Shown here: positions 1-12,960 of the stretch, in pieces
Layout: every line of letters begins with the position of its first letter
Position numbering within the stretch: position 1 is the first letter of the stretch
NCBI GenBank assembly: GCA_964016885.1
Contig: OZ024742.1
Location: 237,150,001 to 237,214,000, forward strand
Origin: Eledone cirrhosa
Taxonomy: Eukaryota
DNA length: 64,000 bases
Direction of reading: 5' to 3'
The notes under the pieces: model-generated
The model's input: only the letters and a program-made list of their open reading frames with translations
Told to the model about the DNA's origin: nothing
Databases searched by the model: none
Position numbers and translations under genes: made by a program

Positions 1-86
1 ATGCATAGTATGTATATATATATATGCATATACATACATATATATATATATGTATATACATATATATATATATATACATATATACA

Positions 87-158
<72 letters not shown>

Positions 159-278
159 TACATATATATATATATATGTACATATATACATGTATATACA
201 TATATGTATATATGTATATATAAATATGTATATATGTATATATATATGTGTGTGTGAGAGAGAGTGTATGTGAGTGTC

Positions 279-362
<84 letters not shown>

Positions 363-417
363 GTGCAAATTTGGACGGGAACGAAACAGAGAGGCAGACA
401 AATAAAGGTTTATTAGG

Positions 418-485
<68 letters not shown>
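1..485. repeat. Compound (TA)n/(CA)n/(TG)n microsatellite
   Basis: Direct reading. Similar tracts recur throughout, e.g. (CT)n at 1055-1165, and 19395-19590, 50105-50325. Confidence 0.98.
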
Positions 486-486
<1 letters not shown>

Positions 487-1054
487 CCACACAGTGTGCT
501 ATGCACAAACCTTTCATGAGAAAATACTACAACAACATTGTTGTAGGAATTATAATGTTTTTTCGATCCAAAGCTAAACTATTTTGCTTTTTTCTTTTTT
601 GTTTTGTTGCTACCTTCTTATTTTTATTTGCAATATTCCTATCACTTTTGGTAATGAAATATCAATAAGAACATTCTAAAAATAGAAGCCTTGTGTGAAT
701 GAGAGACTAGCTGAGATAAACCAATAAAAATACAACGTGCAGATTATGCTCGAAACTGGTTGTTTACCAACAGAGGATTGAAAAGGAAAATCTCGGTTCA
801 GTTTCTACAAGCTGAATATTATCACAAAACCTACACAACAATAACAACGACAAAAATACATGTGCATAAACACATATAAACACATAAAGATTGAAATATG
901 TATTATATAGATGTAGGAATATGGGTATGTAGTTAATGTTCCAGGTACAGTCCTACTGAGTGGCACCTTTTACAAGTGTCTTGTAATATAGACTCGGTCA
1001 GACCAGTAACTTATGAGTGAGGTTTGTTTGACAGACTCTATAGAACCCCACCTA

Positions 1055-1157
<103 letters not shown>

Positions 1158-1166
1158 TCTCTCTCA

Positions 1167-1195
<29 letters not shown>

Positions 1196-1200
<5 letters not shown>

Positions 1201-2270
1201 CGTTTCTGAATTTGTTTAGCAAGATTCTTTATCTGAAAACGTGTGTTGAAACCGATATTGTTATACTTTGGGAGGGTCATGTTGCCAATAAGAAACACAC
1301 GCACCAGAAGCTTTCACTCCAGTTTATTATAAATTTTAAAACAAATTTTTTCCAAAAATTTATAAATTTCCGGTTTATTGGTTAGTTCCACAACCGGACG
1401 GTTGTTCATATATTGTCAAAGTTCTTTCGTCACACATTCTGTGACCTCTTCAGTGACTGTGGATTTTCTTCTTTGTTTTGTGCCTCTCCTTTGTTCTGTC
1501 CTACGCCATCTTGTTTTTGTGTGTGTTGTGTGCTTAGTTTGCGCATGTGTTACATCCGGGTGTCTGTGTGTGTTTTTATTTGTTTATTTATAGTGTCTCA
1601 CCTATGTACACTATATTCTTAAGACTATAGTGTACATAGGTGAGACAGCTCGTAGTATAGGAGAACGGTTAAATGAACACTGGCGAGAGCTTCAAGATAG
1701 AAAAGAATCATCAATACTCCACCAACATGCTAAAATAGAACATAAGGGCAAATTAGAGAACATAGAAATAAAAATAAAATCTACACACAGAAAAGACGCA
1801 ATGTTTAGACAAATCACAGAGGCAATAAACATAAATGAACTCCAACCAAATTAAATAGAAAACATGAATTGAATAGCAACATCACAACTTAGAATTAAGG
1901 ACAAAATGAAAACACACACACAGAACAAACAACCAACCAGTAACATGTAAATAAACAAATAAATAAACAAATAAAAACACACACAGACACCCGGATGTAA
2001 CACATGCGCAAACTAAGCACACAACACACACAAAAACAAGATGGCGTAGGACAGAACAAAGGAGAGGCACAAAACAAAGAAGATAATCCCCAGTCACTGA
2101 AGAGGTCACAGAATGTGTGACGAAAGAACTTTGACAATATATGAACAACCATCAACCGGAAATTTATAAATTTTTTGAAAAAATAAAATTTTTTTTTTTT
2201 TATTGGAGTGAAAGCAACTGGTGCGTGTGTTTCTTATTGGCAACATGACCCTCCCAAACTATAACAATAT
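1196..2270 (+). mobile_element. 5'-truncated Penelope-like element: inverted pLTR + GIY-YIG tail + direct pLTR
   Basis: ORF 1630-1854 (YIGETARSIGERLNEH...RQITEA) is a GIY-YIG C-terminal half. 1256-1590 is the reverse complement of about 1960-2270. (TA)n on both flanks. Confidence 0.85.
2093..2135 (+). ncRNA. Minimal type I hammerhead ribozyme motif in PLE pLTR (mirror copy 1415-1457, minus strand)
   Basis: gtca CTGAAGA g gtcac-agaatgt-gtgac GAAA g aa CTT tgac. Stem I gtca/tgac, 5-bp stem II, very short stem III. Confidence 0.7.
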
Positions 2271-2376
2271 ATATATACATATACATATATATTGGAAAAT
2301 GTGTGAAATCCTTGGCACAGTTAGGTATATTTGAAAAAAGGAAAAGAATTACTTCACTTGTAGTTCTAAACAATTG

Positions 2377-2410
<34 letters not shown>

Positions 2411-2414
<4 letters not shown>

Positions 2415-2912
2415 AAATGAAAATCCGAAGGCAAGGTAAAATTCCAATCATTTAATCACGACACATGTTTCAATAAGAGATAGATCGATTGTGAAGCCAT
2501 GATCGATTATCACTGATCTCATCAGGTGAAAATGAATTGTCTTCAAATTCTTGATATGAGGGAGAAAAAATAACGATCTTCTCTCACAGAATTCATTCCC
2601 TCACATCGTTATTTTTCTCCCTCGTATCAAGAATTTGAAGACAATTCATTTTCACCTGATGAGATCAGTGATAATCGATCATGGCTTCACAATCGATCTA
2701 TCTCTTATTGAAACTTGTGTTGTGATTAAATGATTGGAATTTTACCTTGCCTTCGGATTTTCATTTTGATACTTATACTCCGTTTTACATCATCTAACTG
2801 TTTCCTTGAATGGAATTGGAGATATACAAAAGCGTGGAGAACTTAATATTGCTAACATAAAGTTATTGGACCATTTTACACAACCAATAATGCACCTTAC
2901 TATATAACAACT
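2411..2912. mobile_element. Fold-back non-coding element with a hammerhead in each arm
   Basis: Near-perfect ~167-bp inverted arms (2411-2577 / 2605-2770) plus a 3' extension, between (TA)n tracts. Confidence 0.8.
2456..2529 (-). ncRNA. Type I hammerhead ribozyme motif with GUC site (plus-strand twin 2652-2725, GUU site)
   Basis: tcac CTGATGA g...(47-nt stem II region)...t GAAAC atgt GTC gtga. Stem I tcac/gtga. Confidence 0.75.
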
Positions 2913-2924
2913 ATATATATATAC

Positions 2925-3258
2925 ACAAGAGGGCTTCAAAACGTTCGTGGAAAAGGGAGAGTTGGAAAAAACGGTTTAAGTTATGATGTTTATTTTACAT
3001 CATATGCTCCATCTAGGTCAATACTCTTCTGCAAGCGTTGATACCAGCCTTTAATTTTATCTGTGTAAAACTGAGAGCCATTTAAACCATGTCAAAGCAG
3101 CTTTTTTTACATCCTCAACTGGGGATCATCTTCAGCCTCATCTCTTCCACTTTTAAAACGACTTATCCATTTGTAGTTTGTTGATTTCTTAGGGGCATTG
3201 TCCCCCTAAACTTGCTCCAGAGATTCAATGATTTGGTTGCTCTTCAACCCTAGCTTCA
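2925..3258 (-). mobile_element. Mariner transposon 3' remnant
   Basis: Minus-strand translation FYTDKIKGWYQRLQKSIDLDGAYDVK* is a typical mariner transposase C-terminus, followed by a TIR-like end. Confidence 0.55.
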
Positions 3259-3594
3259 CTTCCAATTATTTGGCTGGGGTAGTGTTATTTGATGAAACTG
3301 TATAATAGTACATACACATGCACATCTGCAGGTGCATATATGCAGGCATACACACACATATATATTTGGGATCGTGTGAAGGTGGGGGTGCGTGTGGGTG
3401 TGTGTGTGTGTGTGTATGTGTGTGTGAATGAATGTGTATACGCGAGTAAAGGTTGGATGAGCTACCAACTTTAAATTAGTTTCTTTCCCTTAATTAATCA
3501 CTATATTATCTGTTTTGTTTTGGGGGTAAAATGTATTCGTGGATTCCCTAACCAACTTAATTTGTCATGTTATCATTAATGTTGATAATTTATG

Positions 3595-3788
3595 GGCGGT
3601 GGATTGGATTGGCAGTATCGGTAGAGTCAGACGCCATGCTTTGCAGCATAGAGTTGCGGCCCTTTACGGTCTGAGTTCAAATACCACCGAGGTTAACTTT
3701 GCCTTTCATCCTTACGGGGTCGATAAAATAAAGTACCAGTAATGCACTGGGATAATTGCTGGCCTTGTGCCAAAAGTAGAAACAATTA
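3595..3788 (+). mobile_element. tRNA-derived SINE family A (other copies about 8410-8562+, 12010-12160+, 18520-18650+, 22745-22935-, 42808-42960+, 53500-53843+ as two tandem copies)
   Basis: A-box-like tggcagtatcggta and B-box gagttcaaat, with conserved core 'gaggttaactttgcctttcatccttacggggtcgataaaataaagtaccagt'. At least 7 copies in the window. Confidence 0.85.
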
Positions 3789-4305
3789 ATTTTGATAATT
3801 TATACACATATGCCTGTATACAAGCATAAATATATTAACCGATATGTGCGTGTGTGTGAGCATGTGTGCATATATGGGTGGGTGTACAATTATGTAGAGG
3901 AGTGCGCGCGCGTGAGTATGTGCATCATTACATATTGGCATTCATACAGGATTTATTATGTAAAAAAAAGTGACATTGCCTATTAGTTAGAAGACCATTT
4001 TAACGTATAAATATTTGCTTAAGTGCCAGTGTAAATTAACTGTCGCTACACCTGGTAAAGAATATCTCCTATTATGACAATGCTATTTTTTTTTAATGCA
4101 AACAAAATATTCTACGGATTAGTGTGTGTTTGAAAGGATGAACTTGTTGAGGCATTTATTTATATTTTGGTTAATTCCAATGAGTTCCAGGAGGATGACA
4201 CATATGTAAATTAAATTATGATATAAATAATAGTGGCAACATATTTTAATATATATATATATGTAAATTAAATTATGATATAAATAATAGTGGCAACATA
4301 TTTTA

Positions 4306-4343
<38 letters not shown>

Positions 4344-4628
4344 TGCCCCTCGTTATCGAGTATGGCCATTGCACGATATAACATTATTAATTAATTCTAC
4401 CGTGCAATGCCTATGCGTGAAGATATTTTTTAAAGTGAGGAAAGACTGTGCACTGAGCCAATCCCACTCTCTGAGCGACAGTAGCTATAACCCGAAAAGA
4501 AGAAAAGATCAACATCATCGGTAACTACTGAGCCGCAGGTTTTATATAGGAGTTATCCCAGTTTCCTGAGTTGCCTTCTCCTAGAAGAATGCCCTGACAA
4601 AGGCTAGGGGTCCTTCACTCCCAGTGGT

Positions 4629-4680
<52 letters not shown>

Positions 4681-4681
<1 letters not shown>

Positions 4682-5680
4682 TAGCAGTAGTACCCAGCGT
4701 TGCCTGGGTAGGTAAAATAATATCTGCTTTGATGAAAAGGTGTTGATCTTAGCGACTGCTTCTCGAATACTCATCTATGGCTACACACAGGCGATGCGGG
4801 GTGGGGGTGATGACCTCTATCACTGAGAAACGCGGGTGACTGACGAAGGAGCATGCTGGGGGAGGGAGGTAATGACCTCTAACACTAAGCCAAATTTCCT
4901 CACACTACTTGATTGGAAACCGATGAATTCTCAAATACACAACTAAAAGCCCAGACCACGTCAGTGGCCATCGTTTTGCCTTTGACCATCTATAAGATGT
5001 GCAGTGATAGGTTCTATCGTAGTATAAAAGTTGAACCAAATAAATTGATTTATCTGTGAGGTGGAGCCGAAGTTTCGAATTTGAACGAAATCGGTTGAAA
5101 AATGTGGGAGCTAGTGCCGAAAAGGCGGAAATTTGAGCGAAAAGGTGGTATTTTCGAATATTTAAGCGGCTGCCACGCCGTTCCTGAATAAAAAAAAATC
5201 CAAAATGTAAAGCCACTTTCAGACGTGAAATAATCAGATCTAGCGTAGTGTAAAATTTGAACAAAGTAGGTTGATTAATGTGGGAGCTAGAGCCGAAAAT
5301 TTTGAGTCTAAAAGTGGTACTTTTGAATATTTAAGCGGCTGCCACGTTGTCTCTTAACAACAAATGTAAAATATAAAACCATTACAGGATGTGCAATGAT
5401 AAATTCTATTTTGCTTTAAAATTTGAACGAAATCGGTGGCAAAATGTGGGAGCTAGAGCCAAAAATCTTATTTTTCGATACCTAAAAAAAGGTGACTATC
5501 GAATTTTATCTGCAGAATGACCCCGGAATAAATAAAAAAAAAAACGAAACGCTGATATATAGAAAACACCCCCCGATGACTAATCTATGAGCCTGTAAAG
5601 TTTCATGAAAATCGGTCGTAAGATGTAGGCCCCTATAGGTAATACACAGACACACACACATACTTAATTTTATATATATA
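4681..5680 (-). mobile_element. Non-autonomous Helitron-like element with internal tandem repeats
   Basis: On minus strand, subterminal hairpin cccaggcaacgctggg followed by terminal CTAG|t. Three ~175-bp internal units share 'tgtgggagctag'. Confidence 0.65.
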
Positions 5681-5819
5681 CATAAATACATATATCACGT
5701 TTGTTGGAAAAGGAAAATGAATGCCTCAGCATAACGGACATTTGTCTATCATCAGAAAAGAGTAAAGTTGGGAGAAGTAGGAAGCTATAAAGAGAGAGAA
5801 GGGCGGGGGTGAGAGAGAG

Positions 5820-7140
5820 AGAGAGAACTGCTTGTTCTATATGACTTCAATGCACATCTGAGTAAGGAGACCATTGAAGATCCTTGCTGGTAATTCCATA
5901 ACACCAACCGAAAAGGGAGACTACTGAGGGACACCCTGCTGGAGGTGAACCTGATGGCAACCAGCCTAAGGTTTAGGAAATATCTGGGGAAGATGAGGGC
6001 GTACTGTACATGTCTGATATGCACCACCTGACCAAGTCCCAGATTGAACAAAGAGCCTTCCTGCTGTCATGGTTTTCATTGACTTCAGGAAGGCTTTTGA
6101 TTCTGTGGACCGAGACTGCCTGGTGAAGATCTTACAGGCTTATGGAATCCCCAAGAAGATAGTAGACCTGATATACACCAACACCAGAGCCCAAGTCATT
6201 ACACCTGACAGGATGACAGAGTCCTTTGAGATACTGACTGGAGTGCTCCGGGGCGATACGTTGGCTCCCTAACTTTTCATCATCGCAGTAGACTATTTTA
6301 TGCACTGGAGAAACACCAGAACTCGAGCTTTACTGTAGCACCGGCTGAGGGTAGGAGAGTTAAGGCTAAAACAATATCAATGCTGAATTTGTTGACGACA
6401 TAGCTCTGGAGACAAACACAGTGAAGGAAGCGGAGGAGTTTATGCGAGAGGTAGAGACTGTCGTAGTGTGGGGCTGAGAATGAATGAGAGTAAGACAAAG
6501 TATCTTGTAGAGAACATCAAGGAGCCAGAGAAGATTATGAATGTGGACGAGAAGCCGCTATAGCTGGTGGAGGACTTCCTGTATTTGGGAGCAAAGATTG
6601 GGAACACAGAAGATGATGTGGTGGAGAGGAAGAGCAAAGCCTGGGCGGCGTGTCACAGTTTGAGGTCGGTGTGGAAGTTGGACCTTCGTAAAGATCTGAA
6701 GATCCGTCTCTTCACCGCTACAGTGGGGTCAGTGCTGCTGTACGGGTCTGACACTTGGACACTGCTCAAGAGACTCATTCAAATAGTGGATCGGTGCTAC
6801 AGGAGGATGCTGAGGACAGCTCTGAACATTAATCAGTATACACTGAGGATGAAGCTGTACGGGAGCCTACCAAAAGTAAGTTCGAAAATGACACAGAGGA
6901 GACTGAGGTTAGCTGGACATGCTCACCGACATTCAGAGTTGACACTGCACTCAGTAGTCCTGTGGGAGCCCCTGAGCGGACACACTGGAAGAGGGAGACC
7001 GAGGATGACATATGTTGATACCCTAAGGCCAGACACTGGTCTCTGTGAGACACAGGACATAGCGGCGATGATAAAGGACAGAGACCGCTGGAGAGAACTC
7101 GTCCATGGATCTCGGGAATTTTACCATCCCTAGATAGATA
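5820..7140 (+). mobile_element. Decayed RTE-clade LINE (RT C-terminal half)
   Basis: FIDFRKAFDSV, GVLRGDTLAP, EDFLYLG, LLYGSDTWTL, RRLRLAGH and GRGRP motifs, with stops and frameshifts. Confidence 0.85.
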
Positions 7141-7558
7141 TATAGAACGTCTTATACAAAATCACTGAAGGATAGATCCCAGTAAAGTACTCTAAAAGAA
7201 CACTACACAAGCGTTTTTCCCTAGGGACATATTCACAGTAAAGTAACCTAAAAATAGGAAGCCTGACTAAAATTCCATAACAGCAGTTTCAAAACTGAAG
7301 AATAAATCCGTCCATTAAAATAAAAAAATAATAATATTGCACGCATGCGTAGATCTACCAACAAGGTAAATATTTGTACATTCGGATAAAGTGACAGGCG
7401 TAAAATGCCACTAGAAATAGCAGTGAATATGGGCTGTCAATCAGCTCACCATTAAGGGAGCAGTGTCTATTATTATACGTAATTAACTTTGTCACGAATA
7501 TACATAACATCTCAATGAAAAGAGATCGCTTAAACAATCTCATTCAGAGAAGCAAATG

Positions 7559-7624
<66 letters not shown>

Positions 7625-7626
<2 letters not shown>

Positions 7627-8207
7627 AAAGTTTTATTTAAAATTGTTGGGTTACAACAAGTAAATATTTTATAACTGATATAAAGCACTCGACAAGTTTT
7701 TGGAGTAGATATACGATATTAAACAAATGGAAACTATATTTATAAAACCATATTTATTTCATTATACATATTTCGGGGATACCATATTAAAAATATGGCA
7801 TGCCTTCGTCAGATAAAATACAATATATAAACAGTTTTATAAATAATTTTGACGTATTTCTCTCTCCCCTATCTCTCTCTATTTCTCTCTGTTTTTCTCC
7901 TCCCTATTTCTCTCTCCCCTATCTCTCTCTATTTCTCTCTGTTTTTCTTTACATACATTTCTTCTTTTTCTCCGTCTTTCTTCATAACTGTGCTTAACAC
8001 TAAATAATTATAAACACTTCACTACCAAACCAGCTTCTACCTTAATGGTCGCTCATATTTATGGTACGTCAAAATTATTTATAAAACTGTTTATATATTG
8101 TATTTTATCTGACGAAGGCATGCCATATTTTTAATATGGTATCCCCGAAATATGTATAATGAAATAAATATGGTTTCATAAATATAGTTTCCATTTGTTT
8201 AATATCG

Positions 8208-8210
<3 letters not shown>
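7625..8210. mobile_element. Fold-back hammerhead-bearing element (same family as 34730-35150; related to 43290-43640 and 18810-18985)
   Basis: Inverted arms about 7711-7857 / 8065-8210. Plus arm reads ttttat CTGACGA aggcatgccatat-tttta-atatggtatcccc GAAA t atgt ATA atgaaa. (TA)n flanks. Confidence 0.75.
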
Positions 8211-8240
<30 letters not shown>

Positions 8241-8603
8241 AAATGTGTGAAATCCTTGGTACAGTTAGGTATATTTGAAAAAAAGAAAATAATGCCTTCA
8301 CTTGTAGTTCGTGTTCTAAACAATTTAATTTTATAATTTTACAATTTTGCTGTGAAAATTGTAAAATTGTAAAATTATTAAATTGTTTAGAACACCAGCT
8401 ACAAAGTAAAGCCATGTTTTCCAGCATAGTTACGTCCCTTTACGATCTGAGTTCAAATCCCGCCGAGGTTGACTTTGCCTTTCATCCTTACGGGGTCGAT
8501 AAAATAAAGTACCAGTAATGAACTGGGTAGTTGCTGGCCTTGTGCCTAAAGTAGAAACAATTATTTTCCTTTTTTCACACACACCCACACACACACATAT
8601 ATG

Positions 8604-8665
<62 letters not shown>

Positions 8666-9364
8666 TTTATGTTTAGTAGTTGTTAACTACTGGATAGAAC
8701 TGGTCATTCTGTTTAGTTAACCATGATGAAAAACACTCTACGTTATGCAATTCGTCCATCGTTGATGTTGAATCCTGTGGTTGGTGCAGGAACGGAGTTA
8801 AAATAACAGGAGGTCGGGCTGGTGATGTTCCTTTAAAGTTTTATAGTTGCAAAATACTTTATACATTTCAATGGCCTGGTTACGTAAGATCCGAGCGACA
8901 TCATCAGGTACGGATTGCATATTTAGTTGATCAATAAAGGAATTACAGCATACACAAACAGAGAAAATATAGAAAAAATATTTGTTTCGGAGATGGCCTG
9001 TGACCTACGTATTATTGTTGTCGCATGTCTGTAAATAATTTGGCGTACTTTTCACCTAAATCCGAAAATTTATTCAAAAGAGATATTTATACATATTAGC
9101 ATAGCACAAAGTAGAAATATAGATAATTATAAATGCAGAAAAAATATTTGTAATTAATTCTTTAGTCAATAAATGGAGACAATGTTTTTTTGGAAATGTT
9201 TTCATTCGTAGTTTTTTTCCTGCTTCGATGGGCATATATGAACTTTATTGTGATTTTCAATTTGTATTTTTCACATTTTGAAATAGAATCTTGCTCTTTT
9301 GTGGAGGCACCTAATCTTGCGACTCACAGTTAGCGAACCAGTAGTCTATATATTACTTATGGAT

Positions 9365-9660
9365 ATAGTATAGAAGAATGGTTAAGTGCGCTTCGCAATC
9401 ATTAGGTCCTATATTCGATCCAACTGCGCAGCATCTTGAGCAAGTGCCATTTATCATAGCCTCGAGTCGACCTAAGCTATATAAGCAACATTAAGTAAAA
9501 GGAAACTGTTTGGAAGTCCGTCATTTGGACTTGCCATACACTGTGTTGCTCTAAATTTCCCCGATAATTACGTTAAGGGTATAATGTATCTGTGGAATAA
9601 TTAGGACGTTAATTTCATGAGCAGGCTTCCGTTGATCGAAAAACTGAAACATTCATTGTC
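9365..9660 (+). mobile_element. Degenerate tRNA-derived SINE family C (related copies about 10350-10670, 13030-13205-, 22990-23130, 23245-23570, 51230-51420)
   Basis: tRNA-like head (ggttaag...ttcgatcc), then shared 'gcaagtg...ctatagcctc...ggaaactg' blocks. Confidence 0.55.
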
Positions 9661-11129
9661 GAAACTGTTTTCTTTCGCCTGTTTTCCATGAATTCTCTTG
9701 TGTATTATGTCACATCTCTTTCATACTCAATTGTCTGGATTAACTTAAACTCATATTCAAATCTCCTTATTTTTTTATCACACCAGGGGACCCATGACAT
9801 GAACAGTGACGGCAACATTGTTGAACGTATTTAAATTTCAGTGTTCAAGATTAGTATGCTATATATACCAGGATTGCCGTATATATACACAATTATATAA
9901 ACTGGGAAATTTGTGTTTTGATAAATTAATGGGTTCCATAAGAAAACTCCTTTTATGTCGATTATTAACACATTGAAGTGATTAAAGATATGTCCAGTTC
10001 TAAATTTCCCATAAAATAATTCCTGGTATGTAGCCAGTCAGCTCCAAATGTTACAGTTTACTGTTGTAGTGGTAAAAAGGGCAGAGAGAAAGATAGCTTG
10101 TTTATGAGCTAGAGGCTAGAATGTGTAAAATTATATATAATTAACTATTTAAATTGCTTTGTAGGGTCTATGCTGTATTTGGGTGTCGTAATAAGTGACT
10201 AAAAGGATCAGTGCCAAGAAGAGAATTAAGTTGTAACACATTATTTCAAAAAACAAACCCATGGTAAATATGAAGCCTGTCATGGGGTCTTTAAAAACTG
10301 CCCTTGCTTTAACAGGAAAGAAGACTTTAAAATACTTGTGTTGACGTATGGTTTAGGTTTATGGTATTCAGAACATGATCGTAAGGTCATGAGTTCGATT
10401 CTTTGTGATGTGCTATGTCGTTGAGCAATATTCTTTATTTCACATTACTCCAGTCCATTTCGCTAGAAAAAATGACCATTCAAAGGACCATCGTTGTCAC
10501 ACATTGTGTCACTTTCAATCTCTCTCAGACCTACGTTGAAGACTCATGTGACTGTAGAGTGCGCAGGTTAAATACTTACATGTTCAATTCACGAGCCCGC
10601 TGTTCCATTGTTAAATAGACGAGCAGGCAGTTTCATTGTTCGAACAACTGGAGCACTCATCATGAGAACCAACGGAGGGCCAACACATGGTATATAATAT
10701 ATTTTCATTTGAATATTTATTGCCATCAACTCATGGAGCAGAACATAATTTCCCTGGTAACTGAATAATTCTTGATATGGGTGTTTAGTATGATTCCAGA
10801 ACTGATAAGACATTAAATGGTGGATGATATTATGTCTGTGTTCTATTAATAATATTTTATTCTTTTACTGCTTTAAGTCATCAGACAGCAGCCATGCTGG
10901 GGCACACACCTTCAAGAGATTTAGTCAATAATATCGACCACAGTACTTATCGTTTTCACGTTTCGTACATACTTTATCTGTCTCTTTTTCTCGAACTAGT
11001 AAAGTACAGGACATAAACAATGATATAAACACACACACACACTCATCTATATGTGTGTGTGTATGTATATGTATGTATATATATGTATATATATGTATAT
11101 GTATATATATACATATAAATATGTGGGTG

Positions 11130-11950
11130 TGTACAAAAGGCAAACAGAAATAAAACAAACGACATAGTACAATGAATAAGTGTATTAATAGTTTTAAGCT
11201 TAATATAGTAGGTATAGATTATTAACGTTTCAGGCGCTAGTCCTTCTTCAGAAAATAAAATGAGAAATTAAAGAATAAATAAAAAGATTCAGGTGACGGG
11301 CAGGATGGAAACGAAAAAAATCTTTTAGAGTAAAATAACAGGTCCATTCATGTCGCCATCGCTAGAAAAACTGTTGATGCTGGCGTTTTGGGTAAGATAA
11401 TCATGTTTTAAAAGGTGTTGATCGAGCGCGTCTATCTGAAAATGAAAAAAAAAACAGTTTTGTATATAGGGCAGCTTGAATCAGGGTGTGTGGGGGGGGG
11501 GATATCCCCGCCGGATGAACTGGGGTCTCAAAATCATGGTCCTGGTTACAGAGCCAACACAGATGAAGGAATTGGGAGTAGGGTATGGAGAGTTTGGTAT
11601 GGGTGGGATGGAAGGAGCTGAAGTCCAGGTAGAAGTGGGAATGTGTGTGCTTATAGAAGATGGACGTAGAGAGTGTATGTTGAGTGTGATCAATAGACAG
11701 AGAGATATCAAGAAATTAGACTGAAGAGTTGGAGACAGGGGTGGTGAAGGTGAGGAGAAGATGGAAAGACTGGACAAAAGAAAGGAGTCGAGCTGTTCAC
11801 ATGAGAGAGAGGTGGTGCCGGTGCAATTGTCGATGTAACGACTGTATAGCTCAGGGTCGGACTAGTGTGCTGGGTGAAGGTTATGGCGTCAACGTAACCA
11901 ACAAAGAAGTTGGTGTAGTTAGGGCCCATTCTTGTACCTATGACTACCCC
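11130..11950 (-). mobile_element. Penelope-like fragment (RT piece plus hammerhead-bearing pLTR)
   Basis: MGPNYTNFFVGYV is a PLE RT motif. At 11221-11254 (minus): ttt CTGAAGA agg-actagcg-cct GAAAC GTT aat. Related pLTR pieces at about 27790-27990 and 57520-57750. Confidence 0.65.
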
Positions 11951-12299
11951 AGAGACCTGTTGATAAAACTATACGAAAAAGGAGAAACTATTAAGGGAGA
12001 GAATAAGCGTCAGACACCATGCTTTGCGGCATAGAACTATGGCCCTTTACGTTTTGAGTTGAAATCCCATCCAGGTTAACCTTGCATTTCATCCTTACGG
12101 GATCGATAAAATAAAGCACCAGTAATGCACCGGGATAATTGCTGGCCTTGTGCCAGAAGGACAAACATTATTTACAGGAACAGGATTGACATGCGTAGCT
12201 GGATTGGATGTGGCAACATGACTGGCGGGTGTAAAATCAGATCTTCGACTTGTACTTGATAGGTTCGATGCCGATTGCTGCATGACTGGAATGAAAATC

Positions 12300-12960
12300 A
12301 GTTTTGTGGAAACTTAGACACTCGTCCCCTCCAGGAAGCCTGCGTAGTGTAATCTACATTCGAATAGAGAGCCACTGAAGCAAGTGGAAAAAGTTCAAGT
12401 ATCTTGGGGCCGTGTTAACGAGTGATGGAAGACATGGGGCTGAATTAAGTGCGAGAATTGCAGGAGCTGGGACAGTAATGCGCCAGCTTCTGCATTCAGT
12501 AAACAGAAGGGAGGTAGGTGTAAAAGCCAAACTCGCTATCTTCAATTCGGTATTTGTGCCAACCCTTACTTATGGTCATGAATATTGGGTAATGACTGAA
12601 AGAATATGATCGCGATTACAAGGGGTTCCCCCGAAGTGTCTTTGGACTAACGTTACTCGGTAGATTGCATGGTTCAGAGATCAGAGAGTTACTCCAGTTA
12701 GAGTCATTACTTCTCCGAATTGAGAGATCACAGCTTCGATAATATGGGCATTTGATTAGAATATCTTAAGAAAGAATCACTGGACAGCCGACAGGAGACC
12801 CAGGGGTAGACCCCGAGCAAGATGTTTATATAACATCCATGAGCTTGACTGGTCTCGCTTGGTGATCCAGCCGGATCCTTTGGAGACGGTTGCTTCTCAC
12901 AGGCCCCGCTGAAAAAAGTGTTTGAGGTCTCTTCCCCCATGACCCTCTCAAGAATATGTG
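12300..12960 (+). mobile_element. Decayed RTE LINE 3' part (different family)
   Basis: VEKFKYLGAVLTSDG...AKLAIFNSVFVPTLTYGHEYWVMTERI. Confidence 0.8.

Noticed and set aside
4200-4320. ~58-bp tandem duplication
   Set aside because: Simple local slippage next to a TA tract; no other structure.
7330-7560. Possible promoter (NRF1-like gcacgcatgcgt)
   Set aside because: Single motif with no associated exon or other support.
8850-8910. Further hammerhead-like cores (8850-8910-, 52235-52300-, 39555-39615+, 5735-5760-)
   Set aside because: A CUGAUGA-like sequence is present, but stems or the GAAA/NUH are too degenerate to call.
9855-10035. Weak inverted repeat (ataccagga...gggaaattt / aaatttccc...tcctggtat)
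   Set aside because: Short and gapped in AT-rich DNA; cannot be told apart from chance or a very old MITE.
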